Positions 36,401 through 49,800 of a stretch of 64,000 bases of DNA are shown here, in pieces. Position 1 is the stretch's first letter. Every line of letters starts with the position of its first letter. The notes beneath the pieces are model-generated. The model worked only from the letters and a program-made list of their open reading frames with translations, was not told the origin of the DNA and did no database searches. This DNA is from Octopus sinensis (lineage: Eukaryota). The position numbers and the translations under genes were made by a program. Where the stretch lies: positions 92,318,001 through 92,382,000 of the forward strand of contig NC_042997.1 of assembly GCF_006345805.1 (NCBI RefSeq), given 5' to 3'.

Positions 36401-38420
36401 CGGAGCACAGCCGCTACTTGTCAGCTTGCGATCCTCAGGTTGTCGGGTGAACAAACCTGGGTCCGATGCCGATATTACAGGTTGCCGTTAGTGAAAGTAT
36501 TGTTGCGAGTTGCTTCGGAATGGAAAGATTGCGGTATACATGAGGTCTTTAAGTGTACCGAAGTGAATTCTGTTGTGTGAATGAAATGAAAAGAAATAAT
36601 CACTGTAATCCTGAATGTGGATTTGATTTATCTATTTCATAGTATTTTAATAAAATATGACTTTTCTCTTAACTAAAATTGTGACTGTAGTAACTATTTC
36701 CACTCACCAGTTGAACTATACCTGTTGTTCGAGGGCCACCATTGGTTTATATTGTATCTTGATGATTCTGCTCCCTGAAAAATACGTCAAGAATACACGT
36801 GTCTGTGGAATACTCAGCCTTTTACACGATGTTATAATGAGTTGGGTGTGAGAACATCGGCAATACGCACCGTCGAAACTGACGGAGGACCGATTTATAA
36901 CTCCGTGCATTTTTCACTTTACACTATCTTTTATGTTCATGATGTATTCTTCAATGATGCTACTCGATCGAAAGAATGCTGTATTTTGTATATTACTGAC
37001 TATAAGCCCTTTCCTAATTTGTGGCATTGTGCCAAAGTGAAAATTGTTTTAGTTGAAAATAGGTTGACCCTGTTACATATCTCAAACACTTGTTTGAGTA
37101 TTGTTGTTTTGTACTTATAATCTTAGCTGTTTATAATAAGCACACGCTTCGATGTTCTATATTATACATTCATATAACGTGTGTGTGTGTGTGTTAATGT
37201 TGGCGTTCATAGTTGTTGACGATCGTAACACAAACATATGCGGTGACTTGCTATTTTAGTGAACGTAAACAAGCTTATTTTTCGTTGAAAACTTCTCACT
37301 CATAAAAACACATTTCAAGATGTTTTTATCTCGATGTAACACTACAATATCACTCTTTACGTTGATAGTACAGATAAACTGTCTTTGCTAATTATGGTAG
37401 TGATATTGACGAAACAATTTGACACACAAAATATACCTTTTCCTATTCTTTTTCTTTTTGAAATAAACATAATTTTAACCCCAATGGTAAAAGTATCTCT
37501 CTCTTAAAAAAAAAGAAAAAAAAAAAATTAAATCTGGTATCAATCTGATTGCTTTTTTTTTTCGTAGTAAAATTGTGTGCCGAGATGAAAATTTTATATT
37601 ATATATACTATTTACATTAGTTAAACTGGTGTCTTCATCATGATTGTTACTTTCACTATGTTTTGGTTGTTGTACACTCCAGCCTTCAAGTGTCTTAATT
37701 ACATTATTTATAAAATCATATAGCATAAATAATTTTAGGCAAGCTCAAGAATATATTAGCGAACCATTGGAGAAAATCTAATAAACTCTAGTACAGTGGT
37801 CCCAACCTGCTGCCCTTTAAGTAAACAGATTCTGTTGCCTCTGTGAAGTTTTGAATTATACTTGAGCATAGGGAGCTCACTGTCAGCAAAAAAACAATAT
37901 TCAAAGTGTGTATGGAGATACTTATTTATTAGAGCCTTCTCATTACAATTGTACAAGCTACCTTAAAAATCAGTTTGACTGCATGACAATACTTAAGCAT
38001 GATTTCAAAGGAACAGTTATACAACCATTAGCAATATCTTGCCAGCATTGTGTGGTGAGGGAGGAAGACCGAGAGCAGTGGTTGGAGGAAAGGTAGGCAG
38101 GCAGTGTGCGAGTTAAACCTGGAAAAAATTACTTGGGTGTAAATGCAAGTTGTGGATGCAAAAAGGAGCTTGTTAATTATAATTATATTCGAAAATTTAT
38201 TTTGTAATTAATTGATAGTTGTCTGCTAAGGTCATGTTAGCCTCCCCATCTCAGTAGGCTCTCAGATCACTACTCATTTTATTTGTTCCTTTATATATAA
38301 GATTGCTTCCCAATCACATGGTTCTGGGTTCAGTTCTACTGTGTGGCACCTTGGGCAAGTATCTTCTATAACTTCAGGTGAACCAAATCTTTGTAAATAG
38401 ATTCTCTATCTATCTATCTA

Positions 38421-38452
<32 letters not shown>

Positions 38453-38688
38453 CATACAGACACACACACACACATACATACATACATATAGTGTGTCTGC
38501 ATTTGTCACCCCCCTGCCATTGCTTGACAATTGAAGCTGGTGTGTTTGTCCCTGTAACTTAGTGGTTCAGTAAAAGAGACCAATAGAATAAGTACCAGCA
38601 TTACAAAGAATAAGTCCTGGGGTCAATTTCTTCGACTAAAACTCTTCGAGGTGGTACTTTGAAACAAGTAAAAGAATATATATATAAT

Positions 38689-38925
38689 GTGGAGGCACGT
38701 GGCTTAGTGGTTAGGGTGTCAGCATCATGATCGTAAGATTGTGGTTTCGATTCCTGGACTGGGCGACGTGTTCTTGATCAAAACACTTCATTTCACGTTG
38801 CTCCAGTCCACTCAGTTGGCAAAGATGAGTAACGCTGCAATGGACTGGCGTCCCGTCCAGCTGGGGAACACATACGCCATTGAAACCGGGCCCATGAGCC
38901 TGGCTAGGCTTTAAAAGGGTGTATT
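38689..38925 (+). mobile_element. SINE family C
   Basis: gtggaggcacgtggcttagtggttag A box and gtttcgattcc B-box-like stretch; related copies at 40730-41048 and 51960-52205. Confidence 0.8.
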
Positions 38926-41900
38926 TATATATATATATATACACACACATACATACTTACACGTACACCTCATTGAAGAAAGATTTTTCTTTTTAAGAAG
39001 TATATGGTTTAAAAAAGTTTGCTTTAAGTTGCTATTACTGGTGAAAGCTATATTTTTCATTTTTTCTCTCTCCTGACTTAATGCAAATTGCATTAACTTC
39101 AAAAAGCAGAAAATACCAAACGAAAGGCATGTGTTTAATGAAAGATGAACTTTCATTTGTTTTACTATCAGATAGAACACTGTCTTATCTATCATAAAAC
39201 TCTATGGGACCTTCAAGGAGTTTAACCTCTAAAGATATGAAATATGACATAGACTTTATTGTGTTGCAATGCAATAGAGTATATCGACAAACAAAATATG
39301 ATTTAAAAAAGTCTATTTGTTAAGAAATGAAATGAAAGTGGTGGTGAAATCATGTCAGTGATAGGAGTGGAGATAGTGGTGTATTAAATCAGTCAGTGTC
39401 AGAGGTGGTATTGATGTTTGTGTGTCTGTATATACATGGAGGAAGTTATAATTACAGATATAAGAACAATAACAAAAAGCCTGAATTTTGTGTGTATGCC
39501 AGCTGTGGGTTTGCCATGTGTGTGTGTGTGTGTGTGGAAAGAGGAAGCCATTTATGAATGGTAAATTTCTTACACAACAGATTATACAGATTGTTAAAAA
39601 TTTGCTTCTGTAATGATAGAGACTGTTGAAAAAAAAATTTACCCCAGTAAATTGTTTTGCTTTCAAAATGTTAGTTCTTCAACAGTTACTAGTCATTTAG
39701 AAGACTCAAGCAGTGATCTTTTATTTTCATTACCTGAAAAGGCAGACAGTATTTTAATACAAGTTCTTCAATACAGTAGAGGCTACTTGTTATGAGATAG
39801 TGTTGTTACCTAACTGTTAGTGGGTCCCAAACGTTTATCTTAAAAGAAATTAAATATTCTCTGCTTATTAGAAGTGGTTTTAAACTGTCACACAACCAAT
39901 ACAACTAATGTTATACCTCTGGAGATCAAAAATGCACGGTAGCTATGGAAATGTAATAGGTGTATGGGGAGAGTTGTGGTGAAATCATGTCAGTGTCAGA
40001 GGTGGTATTGGTGTTTGTGTGTTTGTATATACATGGTGGAAGTTATAATCACAGATAATCTTATAAAACAGTCCGTAACTATTTAAAATGGATTGAAAAC
40101 TGTCAACTTATAACAAATATGGATCTTTGATTCTAATATCTTCTGCTTAATGGTATCAGCTTCTTATTGGTACTGTAAAAGTTTTATCTTCCAAGAAGTA
40201 GCTTCCACTGTTATTTTTTTCTCTCTCTGGCTCTGGATCAAAATAATGCCATTTCAGACAGAATATAAATATGATTTTTATCAGAGGCATTTGCAGCTTT
40301 GAAATTGCAGAAGTTATGTGCTTTACAAAATATGGAAAAGTAACACATCAGAAAAATCTATTTTGGAAGTTAGACTTAAAATTGGAAGAAGTTAAAAAAT
40401 GTAACAAAAGAGAGGACAAAAAATATGAGAGGAAATAATGCTGAGTTGAAAAAATTAGCTAGATCTTTAAAACAAATGGAGCAAGTGGTTTTAAACTTTA
40501 CTGCAGCTTTCAGCAATAGGTATTATTGTAAGGTTATTAAATTTGAAGTGTGTAAGTTTTATCAGGCACCATAGCATGTTTAAATCCATTTCAAATACTT
40601 TTATCTGGATTAGATACTGAATATAATTATATTCTGTCTCATTTTGAAATGAGATGGTGACTTAGTAGAGGGAAAGTTTCAAAATGTTACTTTGTGCTTC
40701 ATAATGAAATCAAAGTGTTTATGTTCCTGTCTAAGCATATGGCTTAGTGGTTAGGGTATTCAGCTCAAGATCGTAAGGTTGTAAGTTTGATTCCTGGTGG
40801 CATATTGTGTCCTTGAGCAAGGAGCACAATGTTGCTCCAGTCCACTCAGCTGGCAAAAATGAGTTGTACCTGTAATTCAAAGTGCCAGCCGTTTCGAACT
40901 CTGTGTCACACTGAACCTCCCTGAGAACTGCGTTAAGGGTTTGTATGTCTGTGGCATGCTCAGCCACTTGCAGGTTAATTTCATGAGCTGGCTGATCCAT
41001 TGATCAATTCAACTGGAACTCTTACTGTTGTAACTGACAGTGCCACAAATGTTCCTGATGGATGTTGTTTTCAGATAAAAACTGTTGTGGTTTTGAATTT
41101 TTTTAACATTCAGTTGCAAAACTATTGATACTTTTTGTTCTTTTAGTTGTTACTTCCATTGGACTGTAGCCATATCAGACACAGCCTTGAACAGTTTAGT
41201 CAATCAAATCAGCTCCATTACTTATTTTAAGCCTAGGTTCAGGTTTAGTTCAACTTTGCAACATCTTTGGCTAGTGTCTTCTACTACAGCCCCTAATTGA
41301 TTGATTCCTTGTGATGAATTTGGTAGATGGAAAATACACTGATGCCCATTGTGTGTGTATGTTTGTGCATGTGCAAGTGTGCACAGCTGCATCGGTTTGT
41401 GTTTCACTGCTTGACCACAGTTAGACAAATATATTATTGAGGCGTTGTTTTACAATTGGTTACTTGTTGCTAACCTTCAACTATTTTTCAAATCGGGGAT
41501 CTCTTATTTTTCGTATCTACAAAGGTGTGAAGAGAGCAGACAAGTTGTTGATAGAAGTGATTACAGCAACTGTTGTAGAGCACAAATGTAAACAAATACA
41601 CACACACACACACATGCATTTATATAAAGCATTAAATAAAAAAAAATATTTAGTGTATTTATCTGTTATTTAGGGGAAAGTTTTCAATCTTAATTTTAAA
41701 TGTCATCTTATTACCCAACCACAAATGTGACAGAAGAGGAAGCCTTGTACAGCAACATCCTATCATAAAGGTCAAAAGCATTTAATTAGAAGAAAACTTA
41801 ACAGGGACCATTAGAGGAATGGAGTAAACTTAGAATAAGTTTTACTTATGAGTATTTAATTTCCTCCTATAATTTCTCTCTCCCTCCCTCTTTCTCCCTT

Positions 41901-44331
41901 CCACTGTCCACTTACATTGGAGTAGATATTTGTGAACAAAATACCATTCAAGTTACATTCCTTTTGAAGGTTCTTAATTTTAGATGAATCAACTACACAG
42001 AACCTATGCTAGTGTAGTATGCAGAGCTTGGTAATTAATTTTTAATTTAGTTGTAAATGTATTAATGTAGTGGTGGAGAGAGGCTGATAATGATCTAGCA
42101 ACATTTAACCCTTTAACTGTAAAATCAAATTTAACGGTTATTCAAGTAATGGTGTTAAATATCTATAAAAAAAAAAATACAAATTGGTATTTTCTGCAAG
42201 TCCTGTTGCTTCAATAAACTTGATATACCTCTACAAAAAATAGTTTCAGACATGACATAGCTCAGCAAAAGATACATTAATATATAAAACTGCTTTCCAC
42301 AGTTCAGGGTAATGAAATTTCGGGTGGATATAACTGATTAAACTGGAATAAACTGTTACAGTAATTTGGTGAAACTTTTTTCCCCTTACCATTGTACCAT
42401 ATACATCTAACAGACATTACTCATTATGCTATTTATGATTGAGTTTGTAATTATTATAAGATAAATTATCTCAGCCCTTTCCCAAATAGATACATCTCAC
42501 AAATCTTCTTTAAATATCATCGCTTAATTTTGCTTAAAGTTCTAGTATATATACTTTAATAGTTAAATAGTATTTTAAATTATTGATGTAGTAATTAAAA
42601 TTGTTAATACTTTTACTGAATGTACCTCATTATCTGGGAGACTGGAATGTTAAGAATTTTGGTGACTGCAAAATACTAAATACTGCTACCAGATAAAAGG
42701 AATGACTGATTTACTACTTTAAAGTTCTGGTATATTTTTCTCAAATTTTAGGCTGTTAAATAGGTTACTGCTACTGCTGCTAATTATTTATTTAAGTTTA
42801 GTTCATTGTGTAGGTACTGGCATGACTGTATGATTAAGAATCTTGTTTTGCAACCATATGGTTTTGGGTTTAGTCTCACTGTACATACAGCACTTTGAGC
42901 AAGTGTCTTCTACTACAGCCTCATGCTGATCAGAGCCTTGTGAATGAATTTGGTTGATGGAAACTAATATATATATATAGAGAGAGGTGTGTGTATATTT
43001 TGTGTTTGAGTTTGTCTGCCCCACCACTGCTTGACAACTGGTCTTGGTTTGTTCAATCCTCATAACTTAACAGTTTGGCGGAAGAGACCAGTAGAATCAG
43101 TACTAAACTTAAAACTAAGTTCTGGGCTTGATTTAACTTTAAAACTCGTCAAGGTAATGCCCTACCATGGCCAGTTCAATGACTAAAATAAGTAAAAGAT
43201 AAAAGACAAGAAACAATCTGTCAGTCACTAACCAGTTTCTCTATTCTACAACAAATCACTAAGTGAGCATTTAATGCAGTAAATAATCTTTTTGGTTATA
43301 TAGGTGAAATAAGTGGGGACATGGAATGTAAAGTTAGGTCTGTATAGGGTGGTTGTGTTCTGGATTAAGGGACAGGTGTTGCAGTGGGAGCAGGCAAAGG
43401 AACTATGTTGAGTGTAACAAGAAATGAAAGAGCGATAGAGCAGAAGGTCATGCAGATTGTAGTCACATCTGCTGCAAGATGGTGTTCTGGGATAATATGG
43501 AAAATAGCAGCATCAGATTAGAGGAGGGGAGTGTCATAGAATAGTATTTTGGAGAGGTAAGATGGTGGATGATTAGTAGGTGAGAAGGAATGGTGGTTGG
43601 TGAGAGGGCAGATATGTAACATGAGAGTGAAAAGAAAATCGAAAGCACAGGTGTAACAGTTTGTTGGGGATAACAATGTTCTGTGGAGTTGCAGGCCATT
43701 TGATGCAACTTGGTACTGAAACCAGTTGTGGCTACAAGATGGTGGAGGCAGAAGAATTGTAATGATGCATGGAGTATTTGGTGAGAGTGGGGTAAGATGA
43801 GGTGAAATCAAGACAAAAGTTGACAGAGATGGTGAGAGATGTTGGATATACAATTTGGTGCATGATGAAAAGAGTTGTTGAAAGCTATGGGTGTCAAGCT
43901 GTGTTGTGAGATGATGCCCCTGTAATGTCTGTGTAGCTTGTTCCTTTCCCCTCACCTCCAATTCTGCCACCGACCTCTTCAGCACTTTGTCTTGCTGTAT
44001 TTCCGTCTTCTTTTTTCACATGGGCCTTTGGTTGATAAGCTTGCTTTGCAACTAGGTGGTTTTGGATTCAGTCCCACTGTGGTGCTTGGGGCAAGTGTCA
44101 TCTACTGGGTTGAACTATGCTTTGTATGTAAATTTGATAAATGGAAACTATGTAGAAGTCTGTTGTGTGTATATATGTGTGTTCGTATCTCCATTTTTGT
44201 CTCCCTACATCACTTGACAACTGGTGTTGGTTTGTTTACAACCCATTAACTTAGCACTTTGGCAAAAGAGAATGATAGAATAGGCCACCCAGCTTAAAAA
44301 TAAGTACTGAGGTTGATTTGTTTAACTAAAC

Positions 44332-44646
44332 CAGTAGTTCTCAACTGGGGTCCGTATGGACCCTGAGGCTCCATATAAGATTTTGGTGGGGACCATGCAA
44401 CAAAATAGTGAATTGGGGATCTACAATATTATTTTAAAGGCTCCTGAAAAAATTTTTTGTCTATGTATGTATTGCAATAAACACCTAGGTTTCTTTCTCT
44501 AACATTTTACATGGTTCAACCTACACAAGTTAATGTGTGAAAAACAAAATAACTTTGAAAGCAGTTTCTATAAAACTAGCTTTTAAACCTCAAATTGCTA
44601 TGGGGGTCCACCAAAATAAAACAGTAACAAAAGGGGAGAACTCCTG
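44332..44646. mobile_element. hAT/Charlie-like MITE remnant
   Basis: cagtagttctc at the left end and gagaactcctg at the right end form imperfect TIRs; no 8-bp TSD seen. Confidence 0.45.
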
Positions 44647-44728
44647 TACCATGACCGCTTCAAAGTCATGCCTCAGCATGGTCACAGCATGGTCACAGCC
44701 CAATGACTGAAACAAAAGTTAAAGATCA

Positions 44729-44786
44729 TCCTAATTTCTCACTCTTTCTGCAGATTTAAATCTGCAGAAAGAGTGAGAAATTAGGA
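44729..44786. repeat. Perfect 58-bp spacerless palindrome
   Basis: tcctaatttctcactctttctgcagattt|aaatctgcagaaagagtgagaaattagga. Confidence 0.97.
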
Positions 44787-44789
44787 AAT

Positions 44790-45230
44790 TTTTAGCCCAT
44801 TCTTTTATTCATCTCTCCTCACACCTAACATGGATCCTTTGTCTCCTCTCACAACCACTGTCCCTTTATCCTGAATATGACCTCCCTACACAGACCGGAC
44901 TTCTTCCATGCTCCAACCTATTTCATATGTACAACCAAGAACATTATTTACTGCACTAAATGCCAGCTTTGTGGTTTGTTGTATATTGGAGAAACTGGTT
45001 TGGGATTAGCAGATTGTTTTTGGGACCCACCTTTGATAGCCAGTGTAACAACACTGGATAATTTCATCCTATAACTTTAATTCTCCTGACCACACCTACC
45101 TGCTTTTAGACCATGGACCCACAACTTGCCTAACTGGTAATACTACCCTCTCTAAGTCTCTTTCACTCACACACAAGTATTCCTTAATTGCTCCAAAAAT
45201 ACAGCAGAACATACACACTCTGAATATGTT
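44790..45230 (+). mobile_element. Second PLE remnant (GIY-YIG endonuclease region, different lineage)
   Basis: FICTTKNIIYCTKCQLCGLLYIGETG..L.D.F and NFNSPDHT match a PLE GIY-YIG endonuclease with its CCHH-type residues. Confidence 0.8.
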
Positions 45231-45417
45231 TACATACTTATACACACACACACACACACACACACACCACACACACACACATTCCTGTGCACAATTTTTT
45301 CACACCTTATCTCCCTTAGCTCTAAAACCCTTACATAACGTCTTGTACATTATCTCTCTTAGCTCAAAAGTGAAACAAAACAAGGCACCTTATGGCTGCA
45401 CCCACTTTTATTATTTA

Positions 45418-45930
45418 CTAGCAGTGTCGCCCGGCGTTGCTCGGGTTTGTAAGGGAAATAACTATATAAGCATTTTTAGAGAGTTACTTCCCTTATAGAT
45501 GCCAATTCGGGCTTTCTTAGCCATTTCTGTTTTGGTGTCTTCAAGCCATGAAGTCGTTGTTCTAAAAGAACGCTGGTCTCCTTGACAATGCTTTACGACG
45601 TTGATTTCCTTACACTCCCTTCCCCACAGCTTCACGAGGGAGGGAAGAAGGGGGAGAAGCAAACAGGTGCAGGTGTGACCATGGACGCCAACTCCACCGC
45701 CATCGACACACGAAAAATTATGCATTAAAATGGAATAAAAAATTATGTTAAATTATTTTTAAAATCGTAGACTAATCGTAGACGCGCGCTAATACTCAGA
45801 CGGGCTCGATATGAATCACGACTATAAGATACCCGAATTTGGTTAAACTGCACCGCAAAATGTGGGAGTAGTTAGGAATCTAAATCGAAGGGGACAGACA
45901 CTCACACAACTACAGTTTTATATATAGAGA
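45418..45930 (-). mobile_element. Non-autonomous Helitron-type element (513 bp, young)
   Basis: On the - strand A|TC...cccg-agcaacgc-cggg hairpin...CTAG|T; CpG-rich within CpG-poor surroundings. Confidence 0.88.
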
Positions 45931-46734
45931 TTTCACTACTTGGCTTTCATTGTAAACATTGCTCCCACATATCCCAACTCCTTTTCATTTGTTCTTAGTT
46001 AAGATACTATCTGAAATATTGGACTCTGTTTCTTCCTAACAGCATTAAGTTTATTACCTTGCACTCTTGTTTGTGGTCTTTTTATTTTTGAAACTTAATC
46101 TACATATAACCAGGCTGTGTTAACACAGACCTCTAGTTCATCATTGGGTTGAATTTACACAATGAGATGACTGAAAAGGCGAGGTTGAATCCTGGAGAGT
46201 CTTCTCTTTCATATTTTCACATACCAAATAGAGAAGAGAATACAGCATCATTAAAAAGTTACAAAATACTTTCATAGCAGCATGTAGTTTCTACTTTGTA
46301 GTGCTTAATTCCAATATATATATCATAGGCATCTTTCAGTTCCCATCTGCTAAATTCACTCACAAGGTTTTGGTCAACCTGGGGCTGTAGTAGAAGATAC
46401 TTGCTGAAGGTGTCACACAGTGGAACTGAACCAGAAATCAAGTAGTTGGGAAGCAAACTCTTTACCACAGAGCCATTCCTGCACCTAGAATACATTATCA
46501 ATGCTATTTATTATAGCCTTCTGTTAGCATTCACATTTGACACCTGTCAAAATACCATGGTTTAGAAATGCTATTTTTATTTTGATGCATAAATTTGTAG
46601 TTTTTCTTAATGTTGTTTCACTATATTAAAAGATTTTGATTAAGTTTTAATTTCATCCCATAATTAATGTTACGTGTAACACTCAAGCACTTGTCATGAC
46701 AATATAATATTATAAATGTTCTTTTTCTTTTCAG

Positions 46735-46819
46735 TCTCTCTTCTGGATAATAGTTTTTGGCTTATTTGCTGTATTTGTCTTTATCATAATTTGGGGCTTT
46801 AGCAAACTGAAAGCCAAAG
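46735..46819 (+). CDS. PNPLA7: PNPLA6/7 exon, N-terminal transmembrane helix ([28 protein letters not shown])
   Basis: ttttcttttcag acceptor, G|GTAAGT donor, 85 nt, hydrophobic stretch followed by basic residues; the phase-1 end fits the next exon. Confidence 0.88.
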
Positions 46820-49800
46820 GTAAGTTTTGATTTAGATATTGTATTTTAAATTTTGATTGCTTATGATTTCCAAATTAATACCTTTTGTAATTATTGATTG
46901 TCAGATACTACTCTAAAGAACTGCAAAATCAGTTATGATCTGAAGTATTTTATGCAACACTTTTTTATTAAGCTTTCGTTATTACTTCATACCAGATAAA
47001 TAGGTTACTAAACATTTAAGAAAAATGAATATTTAATTTAGCATACACACACACGATTGTTGCATAAAAAAGGGCAAAAAAATGAGTATGTTGTATGAAG
47101 ATGGAATGTGGATAAGAGGGATTCTTTTTTGCTTTGTTTTATCAGAAGTAGAATGGAAGTGCACATGACCTTTGCAGGTTCTCCAAAATGAAAACTTGGG
47201 TTGAAAGAATTCTTGAAAATTAGAAAGGGGAGGAAGAATTGAGTGAGTGTTAAGTGTGGGGTTTTTGTGATTGAGACTTAGTGAAGATGGCTAGAGGAAG
47301 AGACAGAGGTGGTACATTAAGCTTCAGCAGAGGTGATATGCAACTTACAAGTTTAGAGCTGAAGCTGTTGTTGGGGCACTAGAAGAAAGAATGTCTATCA
47401 AGCCAATAGCTGTAGTGTGACACTGATTAATATTTGCCTATCAGCCTTTATAATTTTCTTTCGAGATGTGGTCTGTAATATTTGTGTAGTAGCATCAGCA
47501 CCACCACCACCACCATTGCTACTATCGTCCTGGATATGTAAGAGATTATGATTTATAAGAGCTGAAGTATTTTCTGACTTTGAAGGGGAAGTTAAATTTA
47601 TAGAGCACAATTCTAATAATGTTTATCATTATCATTTAATGTCCATGTTCCTTGCTGTCGTGGGTTGGATGGTTAGACAGGATTCAGAAAGCCACAGGGC
47701 TGCACCATGATCTAGTGTTAGCTTTGGCATGTTTCCTATGGCTGAATGCCTTTCCTAATACCAACTGCCATTATACTGTGTATTGGATTTTCTCTTTTTT
47801 TCATGCCACTGGCACTAGTGAGGTTGCCAAGTAAGTTGCCAGACAGAAAAGAACAGGAAAGAGAAAAATCCCTCATGACTGTGTGTGTGTGTGTGTGTAT
47901 TAAGTAGGGGGAGATGGTTTTATACCAGATGCTGAGAGGTTAAAGTAGAGAGGATACATAGCTGCTCCACATTATAGGGGTGAGTAATAGTTTTGAGAAG
48001 ATTAAGATAAAGATGGATGTGATGGTGCACCAGAATAAACTCTCCAGGTAGGTGAGCATAAGAGAGGATCTGGTCATTAGACATTATTTGAGATTGTGGA
48101 GCTTAACCTTTTTTTAGTGATTTTGAAGACTTTTATTGCCTTCTTTATGCATAAGGAGAGGGTAGTGCAAGACTGTTTTACTGATATGTGTAGCAGTTAT
48201 GTTTGGGTAATACTGTTGAAGGAGATTATGTTGACATGACCTCTTTGAAGAATGTTCACAATAACTCTGTTCAAAGAAACCTTGCATGTTTGACATATGA
48301 TATATTGGTTGAATGGGGGTTACACTTGTATTAGAATGGTTAAACAGAACGAAGGAAGGCATCATCTGCATTGTTGTGTGTGTAAGGGTTAGAAATAAGT
48401 GGGATCATTAGTGCTCTGTCACTGAAGTTATAAGACAAGGTGCTAATGATGTATATCAATGAAGAACAGGCTACTAATCGATTTGGTTCTTTGGAAACTG
48501 TATTAGCTCTCGTTAGGAAGAGAGACTGAAGGTGATAAAGTATGCCGTTGTGTGTGAGTGTTTTTTTTTTTTCATCCTTGTGAGTCAGACATCTTGCTTT
48601 TCTTGGGAATAGCAAGAGAAGGATTGAAAAGCTTGGTAAGATTAGGATTTCTATAGCTTGAGAATGCACTATTTCAGAATAATAGAAAATGATTTGGACT
48701 GCTTAAATAGTTGGGATTGTGGTGAATTTTAGAAGTTTTGATACTTGATGAATGCATGCATATACTCGTAAGACAGTTACAGTAGATTCTGAACAATAAT
48801 AATAAAAACACAGTATTTCAGAATTTTTTATATTTAATTTCTATTATTTTATTTATGAAAATCTTTCAGTTTTACCAAATGAAACCCAGAAATCCAAAAT
48901 TAGGTTTCGGAAGCGAGATAAAGTTTTATTTTATGGGAGGAAAATGCTGAGGAAAGTAAGTAAAAGACAAAAAGGTTTTATCCATATCAATTTTTTTTTA
49001 AATTTGAAAAGTCTAAGCACAATTAGATGTTCTATTATTCAACATTTGCATCAGGAGTAAATTGACCGTTACTTTTGAGTGTTAGATAATCCTTAATGTT
49101 ACCCTTGGAGCATTGATTTCTTTGGTATTTACAATATAATTTTACTAGGTGAATCATATTGACTCATCTAGTAAAATATTTTTTAGCAACTTAAATCATG
49201 ACCAATATCCTTTTCTCTACTTTTCTGATTATCTACTTAACCCATCTCATGCAACTACACTTAGATCAATTTATTATCTTACCTTTATCACTTTATGAAA
49301 TATTAAATGCATTTGATACTCTTAATTAGATTTAAATCCAATGTCTCTTAACTTTTGTAAATCAGCTCCTACTTGGTTGCAGTGTCTAACTGTATTAGTC
49401 AATAATGAGCTGCATATTTGCTTTTATTTATGAAACAGTGAATCGGGTGCTAAAAGATGGTGTCAAAGACCCCTATGATTCATTACATCAATTTTAAATC
49501 CTTTCCATTCATCAGCTCCAATGATGCAGTTAAATTGCAGTTTTCATCATCATAATTTAACGTTTGTTGTCCATGGGTTGGACGGTTTGACTAAGGCTGG
49601 TAAGCTGATGGGTTGCACCACACTCCAGTCTGATTTGGCATGGTTTCTACAGCTGGATGCCCTTCCTAATGCCAGAGGTGCATTTAATGAAGCCAGGAAT
49701 GGTCATTTGTCTTTCTTGGATATTGACACTATATTTTATTAATGTAATTTCATTGTCAAGTATTTTCATTTGTGAACTCTAAAACACCAAGAATGTTTTC

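Noticed and set aside
39613-40550. ORFs MIETVEKK... (39613) and MRGNNAEL... (about 40430) as N-terminal PNPLA exons
   Set aside because: No homology and no strong phase-0 donor; cannot be supported from sequence alone, though not excluded
43310-44000. ORFs of 155 and 81 aa on the - strand
   Set aside because: Pyrimidine-rich, with stops in the flanking frames; probably an old retroelement remnant that I could not assign to a family
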